64,000 nucleotides of DNA from Camelus ferus. Lineage: Eukaryota. Below the pieces are notes generated by a model, which saw only the letters and a list, made by a program, of their open reading frames with translations, ran no database searches and was not told the origin of the DNA. Shown here in pieces: positions 14,101 to 28,069 of the stretch. The position numbers and the translations under genes are program-made. The stretch lies in assembly GCF_009834535.1 (NCBI RefSeq), contig NC_045697.1:82462001-82526000 (forward strand), written 5' to 3'. Numbering within the stretch: the stretch's first letter is position 1; every line of letters begins with the position of its first letter.

Positions 14101-14677
14101 TCTTTCAAAAAACCAGCTCTTGGTTTGATTGATTTTTTTCTATTGTTTTTAAATCTCTGTTTTCTTTCTTTCCTCCCTGATCTTTATTATTTCTTTCCTT
14201 CTGCTGACTTTAGGTTTTGTTTGTTCTTCTTTTTCTAATTCTTTTAGGTGATAGGTTAGGTAGTTTGAGATTGTTCTTTTTTGAGGAAAGCCTGTATTGC
14301 TATAAACTTCCCTCTTAGGATTGTTTTTACTGCATCTGATAGATTTTGTGTGGTTGTGTTTTCATTGTTGTCTCAAGGTATTTTTTAATTTCTTCCTTGA
14401 TTTTATCATTGACCTGTTGGTTTTTTAGTAGCATGTTGTTTTGTCTCTATACTATCATTTTTTTCTCATTTGTTTTTCTGTGGTTAATTTCTAGTTTCAT
14501 GCCATTGTGGTCATAGAAGATGCTTGAAATAATTTCTATCTTAAATTTGTTGAGGCTTCTTTTGTGCCCGAGTATGTGGTCTATCCTAGAGAAAGTTCCG
14601 TGAGGACCTGAAGAATGTAGATTCTGTTTTGTGGGGATGTAATGTCCTAAAAATATCAACCAAGTCCAACTGTTCTA
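11195..14677 (-). mobile_element. Younger 5'-truncated L1 (ORF2 from endonuclease to C-terminus plus 3' UTR), disrupted
   Basis: ORF2 fragments [80 protein letters not shown]. Confidence 0.97.
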
Positions 14678-17379
14678 AACTATAAGCCTTTTGGTAATCT
14701 TTCTTCTTAATAAAAGTTTTAAATCTTGAAAACCAATTTTAACATTGATATTTTAAAACCTTCTCTATCAAGTCATGTGTTGAGGTTTTTCACTGAATTT
14801 ATTTCAATTAGTGGCATAATGTTTATCCTTCTCATGAAGGTCATCAAGTAACCTGAAAATGTCAAACATTCACTACAGAGTTCTGTGACTCTGTTATTGC
14901 TATGTTTATCTATATCTTTTCAATCATTTTCTCATCCTGCTCCCCTTAAACATCCCTGGGTTTCCAACTACAATCCAGACAGCTTTAGGAAACAGCTGAG
15001 AGAGCCTGACTTGGAATGTAACAAAGAGGAATTGTTGGACCGGAGAATGACAAAGATTTTGTAGATGAGACTCCTACTCTGGTTCTCTGCAGTGAGCAGA
15101 CTGCACTTAGATTAACAACAGATTGTTGGTAGATACGGCTTTCTTACCACAAATCTATATCAGATACAAAATTTGATGTAGAAATTGCCCTATAAATGAC
15201 GACTACCAATTCACACATAACTGATTTGACATCTCTGGAAGTATAATTCAAAACAAATTTAAATTCTTAACTTTTTCAAAGTAGCTTGAAAATATTTTAT
15301 TAGTATTTAGTTGATTTTTTTAGTTTCAAGACTGATATTACACATTAAAATTGAAACCCCATTGTAGGAGACAAAATGTGATACAATTTTAGTTATTTTG
15401 TAGACTGCTTTTAATTCATTTATAATTTAGTTATTTTGTCTAATAAATGCTTAAACTTTAATTAACTACATATTTTCGTTTCATACAAGTACCACTAATT
15501 CTGGTGATGTCACTTGAGTTTCCCATACCTAAGTCAATTCATTATTACATATTGTTTGCATGGTCTTGAGAAAGGAAGTGGAAGCTAGTTTATAAAGCTG
15601 TTCTTTCTCATCTTCTATTTCCTCTCATGTATCTTCTTACCTTCTGAGGAGAGACTAGTTTTAGTAAACACTGAATGGAAATTAAATAACTCTTCAAAGA
15701 GAGGTTTGATTAGTCTCTGCAATGGTCATGCTAGATTGAACCAGAAGACCTGAATTGAGGTCTTGTATAAACCATCATATCTCAGCACAAGGTAATTTCA
15801 GCATCTGTTCTGTTGGGAGTTGGAAAGTTACTTTTGTACAAGTATCTACCGGCCAATAGAGCCTGGATCAGATGAGTAAGATTTTATTTTATTCTATTTT
15901 ATCTCCTTTATTTACACTCTCCCAAGCTTCTATTGCCTCTTTCTGGCATTGAAAGCCTGCTGCATTCATATAAGATTCTTCCATTCCAAGTCTCCAACCT
16001 TATTAAACTCATTCTTTTTGCAAAGGACTGAAAAGTTTGTATTTAAGATTTTTTATATCAAGTCTCTTTCAAAGTCAAGATTCTCAATTCTGTTTATATT
16101 TAATGTTAGCAAGTTGTAAATCTGATTATCTTACTAAAACTATTCACACAAAAGTATGAATACAGTTTAATCTTCCTGTATCTATCATCATGTTTCAAAG
16201 AAGTGCTTTAAGTAAAATGTAAGGGGAAGAGGGTAATAGGGATAAAGACAGCAGCTCATCATTCCTACTGATTTGTCTATTAAACATTTCATCTAGCAGA
16301 AGAGTATGTGTAATCTATGTGTTATTTCATAGTTTGCAACTAAACATTTATTTCATGGGCCTCTCTTTAATGTCAGAAATTACTGTAGTCCCACAAAACC
16401 TTCAGTTGAGATGGAAAGTACTTTGTCATAATAAACTAATAGTTGAAATCTGACTAATATAAAAGCCAGCCAGCTTTTCACTTTCTTAGCTATGAATATA
16501 ATGGTCTTTCCACCATTATTTCATGTGTAACTGAACTGTTTGAAAGAAGATATCTTTACTGTAGCCAACCTGAGAAAATAATGAGCAAAAAGAAATAAGA
16601 TAATTTCTTGAGCTTTCTCAAAAGGACTATTTCAGAAACTATTTACTATTTACTTTAAAGCTTAACTTGGATTTTAAGCTCTCAAATGGAAACCAAAACT
16701 GAAAGGACATCAAATCCATACATTCTTAAAAAATGTCACCAAATGAGTTAATTGGGGGGGGGATTTTTATGCTTGAAATTGAATGACTGTTTTTTTCCTT
16801 GAAGCTGTACAAAATTTGACAATACAAATTTATCAGTTCATTTGGAAATCCCAGAAATCTTTTTTTCCCAAATAAGATTATTTTAATTTCAGAAATCTTA
16901 AGAAGTGCATATAAATTTAGCCAATAATCTAAAACTACTTATGGATAAACTATAGATTATCTTTCATTAAAATTCTATTAGTCTCACAATGTTATTCAAG
17001 ATCCCAGGATATCTATTGAAAAGTTAGTTGTGAAGAGTATTAAATCCCCTTAAACGTTTCAAGAAACATAAAAAAAAAATCTAATAACTTCTGACACTCC
17101 ATGACTAATCAAGACCTAAATACTTAGGCTTTTATTTATTTTCGTCATAGCATCTGTCTACCTGTTATTGGTCCCATGCCAGAAACTTGCACATTTGGTA
17201 ACATTCAGATGTATTAATGATTCAGAATATTCTACTCACTTTGGGGCACATTGACCATCTATTTCCACTCTGTTGATTTTGATTCTGCCCTAGTATATGC
17301 TAAATTTTTTAAACAGTTACTTCCTAGGTGTCCAGAATTTTCCTTCTATCTCTTTGACTTTCTTTTTGATGTCCTCTGC

Positions 17380-20300
17380 TACTTGCTTATCATTTGACCA
17401 TTTCATAAGTATCTGTGCTCTGCTAAGTTTCATCCTAGGTTGTCATCTTTTAATACTAGATGGAAATCTTGGATTGTGTAATTCTTTCCAGTGGATTAAA
17501 TAACTCCATATGTGCTGATCATTTTCTAATTTCCATTTCTAGCACACAGTGCTTTCCTGAGCCCTGGATCCTAGATCCTTATACCTTACTGCAAACTAAG
17601 CATATCTACTCCAGGATGCCACAGGCAAATGTCTAAAATATCATCTTTATTATCCTGTTTCGTTCATACCATACCCTCTTCTGTTTCTTAATGATATGAA
17701 TTGATTCATATGTAGCCAAAGCCACTAATATATTTTTTTATTGTTGCCAGAGCTCTTGGTAAGATTCTTTATTTTATTATTTTTTATTAAAGTATAGTTA
17801 GTTACAATGTGTCAATTTCTGGTATACAGCACAATGTCCCAGTCATGAATATACATACATATATTTGTTTTTATATTATTTTTCATTAAAGATTTTACAA
17901 GATATTGAATATAGTTCCCTGTGATGTACAGGAGAAATTTGTTTTTCTAATCTATTTTTTTTACATATAGGGGCTAACATTTTGAAATCTCAAACTCCCA
18001 AATTGATCCCATTGTAAACCATAAGATTGTTTACTATGTCTGCAAGTCCATTACTGTTTTGTAGATGAGTTCATTAGTGTCCTCTTTTCTTTCTTTTACT
18101 TTTTTTAGATTCCATATATAAGTGATGTGATATATGGTATTTTTCTTTTCCTTTCTGGCTTACTTCACTTAGATGGACCTAGAGATCATCATTCTATGTT
18201 GCTGCAAATGGCATTATTTTATTATTTTTAATGGCTGAGTAGTATTCCATCATATAAATATACCACAACTTCTTTATCCAGTCATCTGTCGATGGACATT
18301 TAGGGTGTTTCCATGTCTTGGTTATTGTATATATTGCTGCTGTGAACATTGGCGGGCATGTATCTTTTTGAATTAGGTTCTCTCTTGATATATGCCCAGA
18401 AGTAGGATTGCTGGATCATATGGTAAGTCTTTTGAGGAATCTCCACACTGTTTCCCATAATGGCTGCACCAAACTGCATTCCCATCAGAAGTGTAGGGTG
18501 GTTCCCTTTTCTCCACACCCTCTTCAGTATGTATTGTTCATGGATTTTTGAATGATGGCCATTGTGTCTGGTGTGATGTGATACCTCATTGCAGTTTTGA
18601 TTTGCGTTTCTCTGATAATTAGTGATATGGAGCATTTTTTCATGTGCCTATTGGTCATTTGTATGTCTGAATTGAAGCATTGCTTGTTTAGGTCTTCTGC
18701 CCATTTTTGGATTGGATTTTCTTTTTTTTTCCCTTATCTTGTGTGAGCTGTTTGTATATTCTGGAAATTAAGCGTTTGTCAGTCACATCCTTTGCAAATA
18801 TTTTCTCCCATTCCTTAGTCTATCCTTCTGTTTTGCTTATGGTTTCCTTTCCTGTGCAAAAGCTTATAAGTTTAGGTCCCATTTGTTGGTTTTTGCTTTT
18901 ATTTCCATTGCCTGGGTAGACTGCTCTAGGAGAACATTGCTAAGATTTATGCCAGAGGATAGTTTGCCTATGTTTTCTTCTAGGAGGTTTATAGTATCTT
19001 GCCTTATGTTTAAGTCTTTAAGTCATTTTGAGTTTATTTTTGTGTATGGGGTGAGGAAGTATTCTCACTTCATTGATTTACATGCAGCTGTCCAGTTTTC
19101 CCAACACCATTTGCTGAAAAGACTGTCTTTATTCCATTGTATGTTCTTACCTCTTTTGTCAAAGATTAACCATAGATCTGTGGGTTTATTTCTGGGCTCT
19201 CTATTCTGTTCCATTGATCCGTATGTCTGTTTTTATGCCAACATTGTGCTGTTTTGATTACTGTAGCTCTGTAGTATTGTCTGAAGTCTGTGATAATTGC
19301 TTTGGCAATACTGAGTCTTTTGTGATTCCATATAAAATTTTAGGACTATTTGTGCTAATTCTTTGAAAAATGTCCTGGGTTTTGAAAAGTGTCCCTAATG
19401 ATAGGGATCACATTAAATCTGTAGATTGCCTTGGTCAGTATGGCCATTTTAGCAATATTGATTCTTACAATCCAAGAGAATGGGATATCCATTTCTTTAA
19501 GTCATCTTTAATTTCCTTCATCAGTGTTTTGTAGTTCTCCATGTATAAGTCTTTCACCTCCTTGGTCAGATTTATTCCTAAGTATTTTATTGTTTTGGAT
19601 GAGATTTTAAAAGGGATTGTTTCTTTACTTTCTTTTTCTGTTGTTTCATTGTTAGTGTAAAGAAATGCCACTGATTTCTGTATGTTAATCTTGTATCCTG
19701 CTACCTTGCTGAATTCTTTTATCAGCTCTAGTAGTTTTTTGTGGAGTTTTTTGGGTTTTCTATATGTAGTATCATGTCATCCACAAAAAATTGTTACAAA
19801 GCCACTAATTCTTGACCACTTTTTTCCCCTCCCACTAGTCTTGGTATCATTCTTGAGCACTTTTTTTCCCTCAGCCCCAATATCTAAACAGTACTTACTC
19901 AAAAGTACTGCCGCTACTATGATCCATGTTCTGTGCTTGTATACTCTTAGCAAAATATAGCGGGAGAAAAACATGAAGCTACACTAAAAATACTTATTTT
20001 AATTTTGTGCCTACAAACGCAAAATGGACCCTTTAAAATACACAATAGACACACAGGAAGTGGCCAGTCCACTCTCTGGACCACTCTTCTGGGTGACTAT
20101 TTTATATTCCTCCTCTCCCCTCAGATCATATCAGTGGCTTTACCATTGTCATTCACCCAATTGTTTTGCTTCCTTCTTCACTGAGAAAATTGAATCCGTG
20201 AGAATTCTGCAAATTCTAATAACTACAACTATTTAATTGCCAACATAGGCAATCATGTTCTCTGCCTTATAGTCTTTGATCTTACATGAAATTTCTACTC

Positions 20301-20771
20301 TCTAATGAAAAACAATCTCCATTCATGCATGAGATTCAATATTCTCTCACCTACCTGAAAGATACTGCTTTAGGACTTCTTTCTTTTTACTACAACATCA
20401 AATTTTCACTCTGACATTTTTTTCATAAGCACACAAGCATTCGTACTTCTCTTGATAACATTCTCCTGGCAGTTACTGCCCCCCCCTTTATTTTTTTTTT
20501 TTTTTTACTCTACTTGGATCCTTTTCAGTGAGTTGTGTATACATTCTTCCTCCAATTCCTCTCCTCGCCTGCTCTCTTAAATCCAGTTTACTTCACTCTG
20601 CAGAGACTGCTTTTGTCAGGGTTATGTACTGCTTGAGCTAAATCAGTACTTGACATAGTTGACCACTTCCTCCTCCTTGATCCGTTTCCCCACTTGGCTT
20701 CACTTTGTCTCAGTGTTCACTCTGCCTCAGTGTCCTTTGTAGATTCTTCCCTTCTCCAAGCTCTTAATATT
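17380..20771 (+). mobile_element. L2 remnants, interrupted by the L1 at 17730-19796
   Basis: L2-like pyrimidine-rich motifs continue in register across the L1 insertion; further L2 sequence at 19900-20771. Confidence 0.7.
17730..19796 (-). mobile_element. 5'-truncated L1 with 13-bp target-site duplication CAAAGCCACTAAT (17717-17729 / 19797-19809)
   Basis: ORF2 fragment [43 protein letters not shown]; 3' UTR similar to the 11195 copy; identical direct repeats on both flanks. Confidence 0.95.
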
Positions 20772-21694
20772 TTGTGCATTTTCTGTAAATATATGAATTT
20801 TTATAATATAAAGCATTTTCATGAAATATACTATGCCTATATAATTAATGTGTCAAAAATGGTATAGTCATGTATTGATGAAAACCTGTCAAAGTTACTG
20901 AAAAAATTTAAAACTAAAGGTTATCTTAGAAAAGGAATTTCTGTGACTTTTTATCACTGCCCAAAATGACAAGTTAAATTTGTGACATTGTAGTCATGGA
21001 ATTATTCAAACTTTTTCTGATAACAAATCAAAGCCATTCAATCAAATACATACTGTGGTTGAAATGCAGAACTATTTCCAATATAAGTTGGACTGAATTG
21101 ATAAATTAGGACTTGAGAGCTTTACTTTTTATTATCAAATCAGTGACTTTTCCAGTTTCACCAATAATAATGTTCTCAGATTACATTAGTGGGAAATTTA
21201 ATTTTACCCACTCATAACATACTTTCTCTGTGTGCCACTGGACATAATTTAGTAGATATCATTTTAATTTTCATTTTGAAAATGCATTCCATTGTAATGT
21301 CCATATTTAAAAATGAAATAGAACACTTAACCAACTACTATAAAATTTTTCAGTGATATGATCCAGCCATGAAAATTAGAAGTCAGTGTTCCAATGTGTG
21401 TTCACCTATTTACTACTAAAATGCTGGAACATCCTAAGATGGGATGCCATGTGTTTATCAGATTTTGTAACACCACCTCATTAATCAAGAACACATCACA
21501 TGGTGAAATAGTCTCCACTGGCAAAATTCTTGAGGGAAATGTTGAAAAATATCAGTTATTTTGGCATATTCTCAGTTCTCTAGCATCCTTTGGTAAAAAA
21601 AAAAAAAATCACATTAAGGCATTTGACTGGCTTTTCATACTCTTCACTTGTGAGGTCTACACTTTGAAACCTGCAGTATCCAGAGACTTTTCAC

Positions 21695-21860
21695 AGTGCG
21701 GGAATCTAGTGCTTCCCGAGGCCCGGCCGCCCCGGCGCCCCTGCCCGGGGCCCTGTTGCAGGAATACTCCTGTGACCGGCTTCCCGGTGCTGGTGAGTGA
21801 CTGGTGACTCAACAGACTGTACCTCCCATACCTCAGAGGGTCAGGCCCAGCGGCACAGTC
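21695..21860. promoter_or_regulatory. Small CpG-rich patch with GC box, AP-1 site and splice-donor motif
   Basis: gcccggccgccccggcgcccctgcccgggg in an otherwise CpG-depleted window; TGACTCA at 21805-21811; CTG|GTGAGT donor motif at 21793. Function not shown. Confidence 0.35.
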
Positions 21861-21939
21861 CCTGGGCCAAGCTTACCGTCTCACCTTTCTGCCTTTGAAA
21901 GGTAACTGCTGGCAGGGAATCCCAAGATGTCCCTGATCT

Positions 21940-22720
21940 TAGACTGTCGAGATGCCTATGTCTGTGTTTTCCTTTCTCTGCTCTCTGTCAGTCCCAGCCA
22001 GTCCCACGTCTAATTACTGTGCTGACAGACTCCTGAACTTCTATTTTCTGCCAGGATATCTTCTGCAACTACATCCTCATATATCAAGCTGAGTACTTGA
22101 CATTTCTTCTAGTGTGTGAAAGACTTTCAGATTTATCATGTCCAAAATTAGACTGGTGCTTTCTCCTGGAAACAGTCTTCATCCCACCTGCCCCGTCTCA
22201 GTCGGGATCACAGCTTTCCAGTTGCACAGGGAATTAGAGCCATCCTTATTTTTCATACCACTCACCCAATACATCAGAAACTCCTGTTGCCCGTAACTTC
22301 AACTAACCTCAAACTATATGAATTATCTAATCCCTGCACACTGCCTCTTCTGTTATTGCCCAAAGTCTTCTCTGATCAAGGTTACTGTTACAGCTTCCTG
22401 ATAGATTTTTGTGCTACTACACCTGCCCTCTGATAGTTTTTTTCTCAAAATATTAGGGTGATTGTTTTAAAATATCAGTTTGAGTTTGTCACTCCTCTGT
22501 TTAAACTATGCAGTGATTCTCCTTTTCACTAAGATTAGCAGCCAAAGTCCATACAGTGGCCTACAGGCTATGTTGTCCTGTTAGCCCCAAACCCTCTGAC
22601 CTGCTCTGGTTTCTCTCCATTCAGTGACTCAGTTCCAGCCACACTGTTACCCTTGCTCTTTATGAATGCTCTAGGCCAGCTCTCGCCTGATGGCCTTGCT
22701 GTATGGCTGTTTATTATTTT
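21940..22720 (+). mobile_element. L2 3' portion continuing the L2 that stops at ~20771
   Basis: gctgacagactcctgaacttctatttt...tacttgacatttct...catgtccaaaattagact follows the L2 consensus order. Confidence 0.7.
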
Positions 22721-24500
22721 TTTCCTATAGTGCTTGTGGTTTTCCCATAGAATATTGTTTATCACTGAAAACCCCCGAAAAAAATGCACAGCAAAGCTTC
22801 TTTCCTAGATCATAGTCAAGATTTAGGTACTATTAGACTTAATGAATGTCAACTATTTAGACAGAAGAAAAATTGTTAAATATTTCAGCACTGATGAGGC
22901 TGGAACTGTCTTGTATACAATGTATTCTATTGTATACAATAGAATAAGCACTTCATCTCTGAATAGTCACAGCTAACATCTTTTTTTTTTCATCTTGCCA
23001 AAGGAATTCTGTCTGTGCATTCCCTCTGTGCCTCCTTTTTCTACAACCTCACTCACCCATCACCCCACCATACCTCTGCCCCTTTTCCAACTCCTGCAGA
23101 GTCTACTTTGTGTTAGTTAAGGATTTGAGGCATTAGATGTCTTAAAAGGGTAAAACCAGGGTAAAGGAGATAAAGTGACAGGATTTCAGAGCTGAGAGGA
23201 AAGGAAGAGAGCGTAGCCCCAAGTGCAAAAGCAATTATACATTATCTTACTGATAGAAAGGAGAAGAGATATAAGCCTAAACCTTTAGGCTAAGAAAATG
23301 TTTCCACATTTTGCTTGTTTCAGAGAGGGATGAAGATGAAAAAAGAACCACAGGCATAACTGCCAGGTGTATTGAAATGGATAAGAAGTAAAATAAACTT
23401 AAAAAGAAATACTGTTGACTAAGGATTTGGACCACTTTCAAGGGGTTCTCAAAGTACAAGTAAAGCATTACAGTATTTAAGCGTAATTTTCAGTTGTCAC
23501 ATGTGATTGATTTTTATACTTAAATTTTTTTTGCCATCTTGGATGTAGAGATTAGTTCATTTCATAATTAAAACTTGAATGGGGTCCTGTACTGACCACT
23601 GATGATAGTTTATGTATTTAAGTTTTATTTTCATTATCTGTATGATTCACAATGCATACAGGTGGAAATCCTTCCCTTTTATCATATATGTGCTTAAATG
23701 AAGTAGATTGGCCATATAGTATTCATACAAATACACATTTATATAACAAAGAGTGGAATGCAGTCATATAACCTCTCTATATCATTTTATATACTATGAA
23801 TTATATATAATATACAAATAGATTGATATGTACCTTTGAATAGCCTTATGAAACACGCAGTGATGTTTTGTGAACACATTTTACGTAATACGAACTGTAT
23901 AGCTTCTCAGTCTGCGATAATGACTGTTTTCCCCCAATGTAATGTAGACTGATAAAAAATGTGAAAAATTAAAGATAACATAAATATTCCAGCGTTTTAT
24001 TATTAAATATGATACACATGAAGATACATTTTGGTAAGTACAGTAAGGCAAATATTGCATAAGGAAAAGAATTTTAAGATTGTGCAAGTTTATTGAAAGT
24101 GAAATTATGAATGAAATGTTAACTCCCCACTTTATATGCCTGCGTGGACACTTTGAATGGATAAAATGTTTCATATTTGTTTTCTTCTACTTTCTCATGT
24201 CTATTAATTAAAATCTATTCCTCTTATACTTTTTTATGTTTAAGATGGGTTTTTATTTTTCTTCAGTCTTTTTTTTTCCCTGAGCTTGATCAAAAGTAGA
24301 TCCCTTTCTAGTTTGTCCCTTTTTGTACTTAGGTTTAAAATTTATTGTTCCAGATGTTTTCATCAACTGAAATGCTGTTATTTGCATTTCTGTTTTCTTA
24401 AGGAGGTTAAGATGTAGCTTATTTTTCTCTGTTCCTGTTCCTTTGGGGATTGATCTTTCATGTTCATGAGTTTTTTTGGTCTCTATTGTGAAGTACAATT

Positions 24501-24665
24501 TCTTTTTTTTTTTTAAACATTTTTTATTGATTTATAATCATTTTACAATGTTGTGTCAAATTCCAGTGTTCAGCACAATTTTTCAGTTATTTATGGACAT
24601 ATACACACTCATTGTCACATTTTTTTTCTCTGTGAGTTATCATAACATTTTGTGTATATTTCCCT
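24501..24665 (-). mobile_element. Very short young L1 3'-end fragment with poly(A)
   Basis: Reverse complement closely matches the 3' end of the L1 at ~48975-49135 in this window. Confidence 0.9.
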
Positions 24666-25301
24666 TATTCAACAAAGTTAGTGGTAGGTGGTGAGAGAAT
24701 GGCTTGACCTGTGTTGTTTGTTTCCTTTACATTACTGTAGGATGTTGGCGTTCCCTTCAGACCTTATCGTCCTTCCTTTTCTATTTACGTGATTATTCCC
24801 CAGAATCCGAGTTTCTACCAGGCTGCCACCTTCATTCCTGGGCACTTTCAAGAGCTTTCATCGTGCCACCAAGTCACAATATCTTCATTTGACGTTGAGT
24901 CCTGGTCATTGTCTCTGTGGAGGCAGGTTTTCCTGTCCTTTTAAATTTATTCTTTAGCCCCAGCTCTCCTTTTTTAAAAATCTAAGACTCTCAGGGCTCC
25001 TCTTCCCCATCTGGTTGATTTGAAGTTTTGAATATTCTGTCTCCTAATAATGTTGAAGTCATAAGTTGTGTATGAACTTATTTGTATTACTTTTATGTAT
25101 TACTCTCAAATTTAAGTATTTTGAAGGATGAATGCATTGAGCTTGATTTAAGCAGCTACCATTAACCTTTGAAAATATTTTCAGTACCATGTTCATCAAT
25201 ATTTCAAGATTTTAAAGTGACATATAAGCTTGCATCTTACTTATTAAACTATCCAGTCTAGGCTTGATTGATGGCAACATGACTCAGGATTATATACATC
25301 T

Positions 25302-25684
25302 GCTAGGGATTGAATGTTTATGTCCTTCCCAAATTTGTACTTCCATATAGTAAAGCCCTAGCCCCCAGTGTGGCTATATTTGAAGATAGGACCTCTAAGG
25401 AAGTAACTAAGGGTAAATGAGATTATAAGGATGGTGGTCTGGTCTGATGGGATTAGTGTCCCTATAAGAAGGGATACCCGAGCTTGCACCACTCTCAGTC
25501 CCTCTCTGCACACTTGAACCAAGAAAAGGGCAGGACATAGCAAGAATAAGTCAGGAAGTGTTCTCACCAGCAAACTAATAGGCTGGAACATTGATCTTGG
25601 ACTTTAGTCTCTAGAACTGTGAGAAAATAAGTCTCCGTAGTTTAAACAACAGAATTTTGTATGGAAGTCCTAGGAATTAATACA
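25302..25684 (+). mobile_element. MaLR solo LTR (MLT1A-like)
   Basis: tgctagggattgaatgtttatgtcc...gattagtgtccctataagaa...ctagaactgtgagaaaataa...taataca. Confidence 0.85.
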
Positions 25685-28069
25685 ATATCTAAATTACTTC
25701 TTTTTTATTTTAGTAACACCTTTGAGAAGTTTCAAAAGGTATATTGATGTGAAGAAAAGATTTTTAAATCAAGATATTTCTTTTTAATTATTATCCAAAA
25801 GGAAGCATGTGATGCCATATTTTCAGTAGTCATCGGCATTCATTAATTGCTGCTTCTAAAGATTTATTTTCTAAAGGTATAGCTAAAAATAAATTACAAT
25901 AAAATAGATTACAAATTCAGAAATTTAATTCATTAATTATCTTCAGATAGAAATTAAAATTTTTAAATTTTTTATTCACATCTATAAGTTGTCACCTAAT
26001 GTTGTAGGTGAGCAATATCAAAATTATAAATGTGATAGGTTGATAATTGCTGCTCAGTTATGGAGCATGTTATTATGTAACATCAGTAGAAGCTAGAACT
26101 ATTTGTTCCAGGCTTTATTTTAATTTTTTCTGCAAAATTGACCTTAAAACATGTTGCATTAATTCTTTTCATATAGTTTTAAAACTAATAATTCCAAATC
26201 TAGCTGCCAATATTACACTTCTTAAAAGTTGGGGGCCACAATGGTTTTGTATCCAATAGATACATCTAAACTATGATTTATAAAGCTGAGAAAAATAAAT
26301 CAATTATCTCTTAGCTGATTATATTTATATCTGTATTGTATAAACTAATCATACACTGCCATCATTTGCCATCAAATTTCATGCTGACCAATGTAAAAAG
26401 TGAAGGCTATGAAGTTCAGTGCACAGTAAACATTGAATTATATAATTTCTAACTCAAATAAAAATTTCAACTATTGCAGGTTTCACGAATAATCCAGTAT
26501 CAATTGAAAAACCAATTCAAGTTTAAAATACTCTTTGCATTTTATGTATCTGTACTTGAGCATGTATATGTGTATGCCTTTGTGCATACACACTTGCCCT
26601 TTGCATCTGTTCCATTCCATAGCTTTGTTATATTTTCATGTTCTCTTTAATTTCATTTGAATTTTTGAGAAAATAATCGAAATACTAATTAAAAGTCAGA
26701 AATCCCTTAAGACAAATATTCTTTGCATTTTCAGAAGCTGTTATATATTCAGTGTTGGATTTAGTCATTTTCACCTTTTTTTTTTGGTATTTGGAAGAAC
26801 ATTGAAAGAGGTCTATATAAGAAAATAATTTGAAAAATTCATAACATTTATTATACCTGAAAATAATGAATCCAAAATTGTTTTTAAAAATCTAAAATTT
26901 GGCATAATCAGTACCTTCAAAAATGTGTTATAGAAGTAGCTTTATTTTAAAGGAAATCTTTGAAATTAAACTTAAATAGTACTGTATGTCAGCTATATCA
27001 CAATCAAAAGTGAAAAATCTTTGAATAACAATACCCAGGGAAGGTTTAGCTTTTATACTTTACTGTGCAACTATTCTCTCTCAGGAGGTCAGTCTATCAC
27101 AAAACATACTAAAAAGCTTTCTTGTCAATCTTTACATTTTCCTTAAAACAACTCTTTCCTTATTCTTGTTTGCCCAAGTGACATAGTTTTTGAATAGTTG
27201 ATATTTCTTTGAAATCACCTTGTGTAAGTTACTACTTAGGTAAGTAAGTGTAAGGTAAAAGTAAGATTTAGCATGTGCTTTCTTTCAACTCTCATCCTCT
27301 TGAGAGTCTTTTATTAAGCCAATTTCAAAGTACAATTCTCTATTATAATTGAATTTTCTTTTATAGATAGACTGTTAGGCTGAATTGCTTTATAACTGAG
27401 GGGAGGAATATTTAGAAATGCATAAAGATAGGAAACCCTGCTTAGGAAAAATACTTAGAGAAAACAGTTATCCATTGTTAGTGTGGTTTAATGTGTCAAG
27501 ACAAAGTTCTTTTTATTTTTCTCTCTCAGGTAATGTAAAATATAAGATCTGAGTATATAAAAACTCTGATAAAATTGAAGTTCTGATGGATTCTTTAAGG
27601 TTTTCATGAGGAAAATGGTCTAAGTTGTCTGAATTTTTTCCTACCATAAGTTAAACCTCTTGATGTATAAGAGGTTTATCACTAAGGATATTTTGAAATT
27701 ATATATATATATTTAAAATATAATTTGCATTGCTTTTAAAAGGAACATTATTAAGAAACTAATATAGAGATAATTATTTTTTCTCTTTCACTATGTGGAA
27801 AAATATTTATGAAGCCCTCACTGTTCTTTTAAGGTACAACTTTGGGCTTGATATATGGTAATACATTCAGTTCAGATACCGCATTCTCAAAATGGCCTTC
27901 CTCAGTTACTTAAAACAGCACCTCACTTCAGCTCCTCTTCAGTAAGTCTCCAAGGCATTACCTTATTTTAGTTTAGTTATAGTCCTTAACAGGAGTAGAA
28001 ATGACCACATTTATCCCTTTGTTACCTCTTTCTCTCTACTAGATTTAAAGCTCCAAATGGTAGCTCCTT

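Noticed and set aside
10388..14659. Hydrophobic F/L/I-rich ORFs resembling membrane proteins
   Set aside because: These are antisense readings of A-rich L1; the sense fragments are broken ORF2.
21394..21807. 137-aa plus-strand ORF, the longest in the track
   Set aside because: It runs through a poly(A) tract and has no recognisable domain; the region is reported as an unexplained insert instead.
21920..21940. Minus-strand KIRDIL, resembling the IGF2BP1 C-terminus
   Set aside because: Only six residues match and the following sequence does not.
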